A DNA stretch of 64,000 nucleotides, from sequence record PV231353.1; one strand, given 5' to 3'. Of this stretch, positions 60,219 to 64,000 are shown in pieces. Position numbers and translations under genes: made by a program. Below the pieces are notes generated by a model. That model had not been told where the DNA came from and made no database searches. It saw only the letters and a program-made list of their open reading frames with translations. How positions within the stretch are numbered: position 1 is the first letter of the stretch; every line of letters begins with the position of its first letter.

Positions 60219-60219
60219 C

Positions 60220-61092
60220 CGATGGGCTGAGACTACACCCATCAGCAATCCCGCTTCGAGGATTATTCCCCAGGTGCGACCCCAGGTATTCCCTCGACGT
60301 CCACCAGACCCCTTGCGGTAGTCCAGTCCGAGATCATCGCCGCCGTTCTTGCGCACCCCGAAGGGATTGCGGGTCTGGCGTTTGACCCATCATGGCGAAC
60401 TACTCGACAGTTCCTTCCCCGCTGGGCTTGCGACCCACTCACCGGCGCTAACCGGCTGACGAAGCTCTTCCTATCGACACCTCGCGGGCTTGCGACCCTT
60501 GAGATGACTCCGTTACCCGAAGGCCGGAGCATTTGGCGACTTACGTCCGCCACTGGACCAGTCTTTGCGTTTTTCATCGAAGCGGGGATTGAACCCGCGA
60601 CCGACAGCTTAAGAGGCTGTTGCACTACCACTGTGCTATTCGCAAACCCACCAAGACGTGCTGGTCCAGTTGTTCCCAGAGCTTTTGACCCCAGAAATGC
60701 AACACGCCTCATATCTTTCGCCTTGCGGGCTACTCGACTGCTCTTCAGGACCCCGTCTCCCCCAACCTTTCGGCCAGGATGCCCAGCACCCCTCGAACTG
60801 AAGCAAAGCTCTTCACCGCGAAGTGTCGAACCCTGCAACCCAAACGGTTATCCGTACTCCCTAGACACGCTTGCACGGGATAGTCCGCTTGCGACGGACT
60901 GGCGGTTAAAGCCTCGGAGTTACCCCGGCCCCGCCTTGTCTCCCACGGTCTTCAGGTCTATCCCCTTTTGCAAGAGGCGGCCAGCTTCCCAGCCCGGACC
61001 CGTCGGCTTCCTCTGTCCTCTTGCGAGGTCGGGCGGCCTATGGGAGACCGTCCCTGTCACCCCGTCGCCGGGGCTTTCGTCAGAAGCGACGA
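60220..61092 (-). ncRNA. Large ornate ncRNA (~870 nt), GOLLD-like, with embedded tRNA-like domain
   Basis: Consensus promoter and terminator; about ten GNRA-capped hairpins; repeated GTCGAGTAG and GAAGAGC modules; 3' pseudoknot. Family name is inferred, not searched. Confidence 0.72.
60575..60645 (-). tRNA. tRNA-Lys(CTT)-like domain inside the large RNA, without CCA
   Basis: GCAC-AGTGGTA-GTGC, ACAGC-CTCTTAA-GCTGT, GCGGG-TTCAATC-CCCGC; only 4-bp acceptor; no CCA. Confidence 0.75.
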
Positions 61093-61096
61093 TGAC

Positions 61097-61125
61097 GTTC
61101 TAGCGACAGCCAAAGTCGTCGTCAA
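61097..61125 (-). promoter_or_regulatory. Consensus sigma70 promoter of the large RNA
   Basis: TTGACG-N15-GCTAGAAC on the - strand. Confidence 0.85.
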
Positions 61126-61181
61126 CGACTTTTTTCGTCTCGCCCTCGAAATTTTTCGACAGTCGTGGGTGACGACAGTGC

Positions 61182-61209
61182 TTGACATTCTCGGAGCCGC
61201 GTGCTAGGT
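61182..61209 (+). promoter_or_regulatory. Sigma70 promoter of tmRNA (divergent)
   Basis: TTGACA-N15-GCTAGGT. Confidence 0.8.
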
Positions 61210-61211
61210 GT

Positions 61212-61590
61212 CGGAAATCGTTGTAATTCGGACAACGGAACTGGCGGCAAGACAGGGGTGCGAATCCCCTCGCCTCCACCATCGACGCCCGGCGCTGGGA
61301 GTACGCGACTCCTGGGCAGGGAGTGTTACCCTGGCGGGCTGCGGCCCGAGCCAAAGGTAGCCGGGCGTCGTTGATGGGGGCGACTAGCTTTCGATTGGCG
61401 CTCGGGACTGAAAGACGCAACGGTGGGTGACCTCCACATCGGCTTGCCGGTGATCGGGTCAGGCAACAGTAAATGTCGCCGCCAATGACAACGACGTCGT
61501 GGCTTTCGCCTCGGCTCGTGAAGCCATCGCCGCCTAATAAGCGGTAGAGGAGCCCGCCGGGAGCTTGGCAACAGAATCCCGGCAACCCCC
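61212..61590 (+). ncRNA. ssrA: Circularly permuted two-piece tmRNA
   Basis: Acceptor piece ends ...AGGGG-TGCGAAT-CCCCT-CGCCTCC-A-CCA (61281). Coding piece starts GGGGGCG (61376), giving G3:U70. Tag frame ANDNDVVAFASAREAIAA-TAA-TAA (61481-61540); GGCAACAGAA near the 3' end. Confidence 0.93.
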
Positions 61591-61718
61591 TTTCGCAGGC
61601 GGGAACACCAACAGGCGATCTGTCGGGCGACCGATTTCCGATCCGTGTTCCCGTCTTCGAAAGGTGGTCAGGCCTACCCTCTTGGTGTGCTATCCAAGGG
61701 TCTGGCCACTTTACAGAA

Positions 61719-61797
61719 CGCGGGGTAGAGGAGTCCGGTTGTCCTCGTCTGGCTCATAACCAGGAGATCGTGGGTTCAAATCCCACTCCCGCTCCCA
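61719..61797 (+). tRNA. tRNA-Met(CAT), initiator-like
   Basis: CGCGGGG with C1xU72 mismatch; TCTGG-CTCATAA-CCAGG; CCA. Confidence 0.9.
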
Positions 61798-62075
61798 ATG
61801 CGAACGCCGGCTGTTGAGAACGACGGCGTGACAAGCTCGGAGAGAACGAGCACTCCAGTCCGGGGTATGAGGCCGGACTAGCGGACGCCGTAGCGATTGC
61901 AGGCGTGACACCCGGAGATAGCGGGACCGATTTTCCAGGCTCCATGCCCGGCGCGTCGGGGGCGGACAGTTAATCCGCCCGGCGTCAGAGGATGAGGCTA
62001 GTTCTCGGCGATGAAGCTGCGCGCGCAGTGAGAAAGCCAGGGCATGGCGCTTGGAAAGTCGGTTCGCGGTTCGTC

Positions 62076-62168
62076 CGCTACGAGATGGAGATGTCGCCGG
62101 TTCGAGTCCGGCAGGTCCCCCAAAAGGAGGCCTTAGCTCAGTCGGTAGAGCGCTCCTATCCCACCTTT
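62076..62168 (+). ncRNA. YrlA-type Y-RNA-like circularly permuted tRNA mimic
   Basis: Order is stem strand, T arm (GCCGG-TTCGAGT-CCGGC), acceptor stem closed by CAAAA loop, D arm (GCTC-AGTCGGTA-GAGC), complementary stem strand, TTT. Confidence 0.7.
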
Positions 62169-62253
62169 GGTACGGTGGCTCGACAGGTAAGGCATCGGCC
62201 TCATAAGCCGAGGGTTCGTCCCAATCCTGGTTCAAATCCAGGTCGTACCTCCA
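62169..62253 (+). tRNA. tRNA(CAT), elongator Met or Ile2, with long variable arm
   Basis: GGTACGG/TCGTACC-T-CCA; TCGGC-CTCATAA-GCCGA; V arm GGG-TTCGT-CCC. Confidence 0.88.
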
Positions 62254-62327
62254 AATTGACGCTTGACCCCAGGCCGCAGGCTGCTAAGCTTCCCCGGTCG
62301 GGATCGTCCCGCGTCCTTTCCAAGGTC

Positions 62328-62358
62328 AAGCCCCCGGAGCCTCGCTTCGGGGGCTTTT
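62328..62358 (+). terminator. Intrinsic terminator closing the RNA island
   Basis: AAGCCCCCGGAG-CCTCG-CTTCGGGGGCTT-TT. Confidence 0.85.
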
Positions 62359-62711
62359 CAGTTCTTGACCACCCGCAGGCGCCGGGCCTCGTTGGCGCGC
62401 TCCTCCGCCGCCACGCGCGAGACGTCTTGCAGATGCGCCTTGGCGATCAGGTCGGGCGCGCCCACGGCCCGGAAGGGCACCTTGACGGAGAGGTCAACAT
62501 AGCGCCGCAAGAGCGGCTCGAACTCCAGGCCTCGCGCCTGGGCGATCCGCGACAGTGCGCCGGCGACGATCGCCACGACCAGGACGTTGGTCGGTGTCTC
62601 CTTGGTCAGGGTCCAGATGCCCGGTATAGACTGCCCAGGATGAAGTTCCTGCCGCGCCACGTCATCGGCGGCGGCGCGGAAGAGGTTCTCGTAAGGGACG
62701 TTTTCGAGCAT
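62358..62711 (-). CDS. Hypothetical protein
   Basis: ATG 62711 within track ORF 62358..62903. Confidence 0.75.
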   Translation of the reverse strand: MLENVPYENLFRAAADDVARQELHPGQSIPGIWTLTKETPTNVLVVAIVAGALSRIAQARGLEFEPLLRRYVDLSVKVPFRAVGAPDLIAKAHLQDVSRVAAEERANEARRLRVVKN

Positions 62712-62790
62712 ACGACAACGATAGCGATCTTTTGCCGCCTGTCTACCCTCTACTCTTGATAGTAGTAAAGCCCCGATTTCAACATAAGAG

Positions 62791-63177
62791 CTAAAGCCGT
62801 CCGCCGTAATAGTCCCGCCACATTCCCTCCCAATAGTCGATGTGCTTCTCGGTGCAGTCCGGGCAATACCGACGGTCCCGGTTGGGGTCCTCGCCCTTGC
62901 CATCCCAGTGGTAGCAGGTCATTGAGCCGACCATCCCCAGGCGCCAGAACGTCCCGCAGTGTTCGCATCCCCCAAGGGCGATGTTCTGCATCGTCCGGTG
63001 GTGGTTCCACTTGCAGAGCCAGTTGAACCAGAGTTCATAATAGAGGGCGTCGCGGATGCTGCTGTACTGGGTGAGGCGGACCTGAACGACCTTGCGCCGG
63101 CCGTTAGGCTTCAGGTCGCGGTCATAGGTCGGCCTGTAGAAGACCTTGATCTTCGGGAACCAGCGGCGCTTCTTCAC
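62791..63177 (-). CDS. Hypothetical protein with two CxxC pairs (possible Zn finger)
   Basis: GTGA overlap with the helicase stop; CEHC and CPDC. Confidence 0.7.
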   Translation of the reverse strand: MKKRRWFPKIKVFYRPTYDRDLKPNGRRKVVQVRLTQYSSIRDALYYELWFNWLCKWNHHRTMQNIALGGCEHCGTFWRLGMVGSMTCYHWDGKGEDPNRDRRYCPDCTEKHIDYWEGMWRDYYGGRL

Positions 63178-63998
63178 GTGTCCATGACCCTTGCGATATT
63201 GTCCTCCTTCTCCTTGGCGGCCTGGGCGATGCGCGCGTCGAGCGAGCCGTTCGCCACCAGGAAGAAGCACATGATTTTCTCGGCCGTCTGCCCGATCCGG
63301 CAGGCGCGGTCCTCGGCCTGCTCGATCAGGGTCGGCGTCCAGTCCCCCTCGGCGAACGCCACGTCGTGCGCCCGCGTCATGGTGAAGCCTACACCGGCGG
63401 CCTGGAGGTTGCAAACGATGACCCGGCAGGACTCGTCGTCCTGGAACTTGTCGACCTGAAGCTGGCGCTTGTTGACGGGGGTCCCGCCATAGATCATCGC
63501 CGGATTGTAATCCGCCAGCGCCTCGGCGAGCGCCTTGACGACGTCGGAGTGGTAGGCGAACAGGATCAGCTTGTCGCCGCCGTCGAGGAAGTTCTTGACC
63601 CAGGGAATGATCGCCGGGAGCTTGGCCATCCCCAGTTCACGGCGGACGGCGGCGATCTCCTCGAAGAGCACCGCCACGGCCGGCGGCGCGAGCCCCAGCA
63701 CGGCGGCGGCGTAGTCGAGATTGAGCGCCCGCGAGTTGGGCTTGTCAGGATCACCGTCCTGTCCCACCGCCTTGTCGAAGCCGTAGCGCTGGGCCGTCTC
63801 CAGGATCGACAGACCCAGGCGGATGTCGCGCTGGTCCTCGGTCTCGTTCTCGCCGGCCAGCACCGTGGCCTCGTAGAGCTTCAGCGCCTGGGAAAGCTCG
63901 TCCTCGCGCGCCACGACCTCGCGGATTTCCGGGCTGTCGAGGAGGACGATCTGGCGGAACTTCGGCGGAAGCTCGGGTAGCACCTCGCGCTTGTTCCG
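63174..63998 (-). CDS. SNF2/HARP-like helicase, C-terminal part (5'-partial)
   Basis: K.EVL.ELP, KLILFA.H, R...VD.FQ, AAGVGFT.T.A, WTP....QAEDR..RIGQ motifs. Confidence 0.93.
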   Translation of the reverse strand, partial: RNKREVLPELPPKFRQIVLLDSPEIREVVAREDELSQALKLYEATVLAGENETEDQRDIRLGLSILETAQRYGFDKAVGQDGDPDKPNSRALNLDYAAAVLGLAPPAVAVLFEEIAAVRRELGMAKLPAIIPWVKNFLDGGDKLILFAYHSDVVKALAEALADYNPAMIYGGTPVNKRQLQVDKFQDDESCRVIVCNLQAAGVGFTMTRAHDVAFAEGDWTPTLIEQAEDRACRIGQTAEKIMCFFLVANGSLDARIAQAAKEKEDNIARVMDT

Positions 63999-64000
63999 CC

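Noticed and set aside
60575-60645. Independent functional tRNA-Lys gene
   Set aside because: No CCA, only four acceptor pairs, and it is enclosed by a stem of the larger RNA; treated as an embedded domain.
61985-62040. Hammerhead ribozyme (GATGAG...GAAA)
   Set aside because: The CUGAUGA core and the required stems are missing.

Overview
This 64 kb segment comes from a high-GC, phiCbK-like giant siphophage of Caulobacter. The assignment is inferred from the gene order, the GTA-like tail tip, the alphaproteobacterial two-piece tmRNA and promoters of the TTGACA-N15-GCTANAWC type. The left arm (+ strand, 1-38.8 kb) holds a giant repeat protein, an array of about 31 tRNA and tRNA-like genes, PhoH, and the neck, tail, tape-measure, tail-tip, fibre and lysis genes. 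The right arm (- strand, 38.8-59.2 kb) holds an XRE regulator, dUTPase, an NrdB-glutaredoxin fusion, intein-containing NrdA, ThyX, dNMP kinase, a RecD-like helicase, an SSB-like protein, two nucleases, a family A DNA polymerase and two DNA methyltransferases. The most striking part is a 3.1 kb protein-free RNA island at 59.2-62.4 kb, bounded by its own promoters and terminators. It contains an ~870-nt GNRA-rich ornate RNA (GOLLD-like) with an embedded CCA-less tRNA-Lys domain, a circularly permuted tmRNA with its own tag peptide, a YrlA-like permuted tRNA mimic, a second ~630-nt candidate ncRNA and three tRNAs. Three other patterns stand out. A GANTC-containing motif (GTCGTGAATCTTGAC) abuts the -35 box of many promoters. 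Lys, Cys and CAT tRNAs carry long variable arms. A recurrent CGAATC-to-CGAGATC single-base insertion breaks two genes and distorts four tRNAs, and is probably a methylation-linked sequencing artefact. All calls are by eye; no database search was run.
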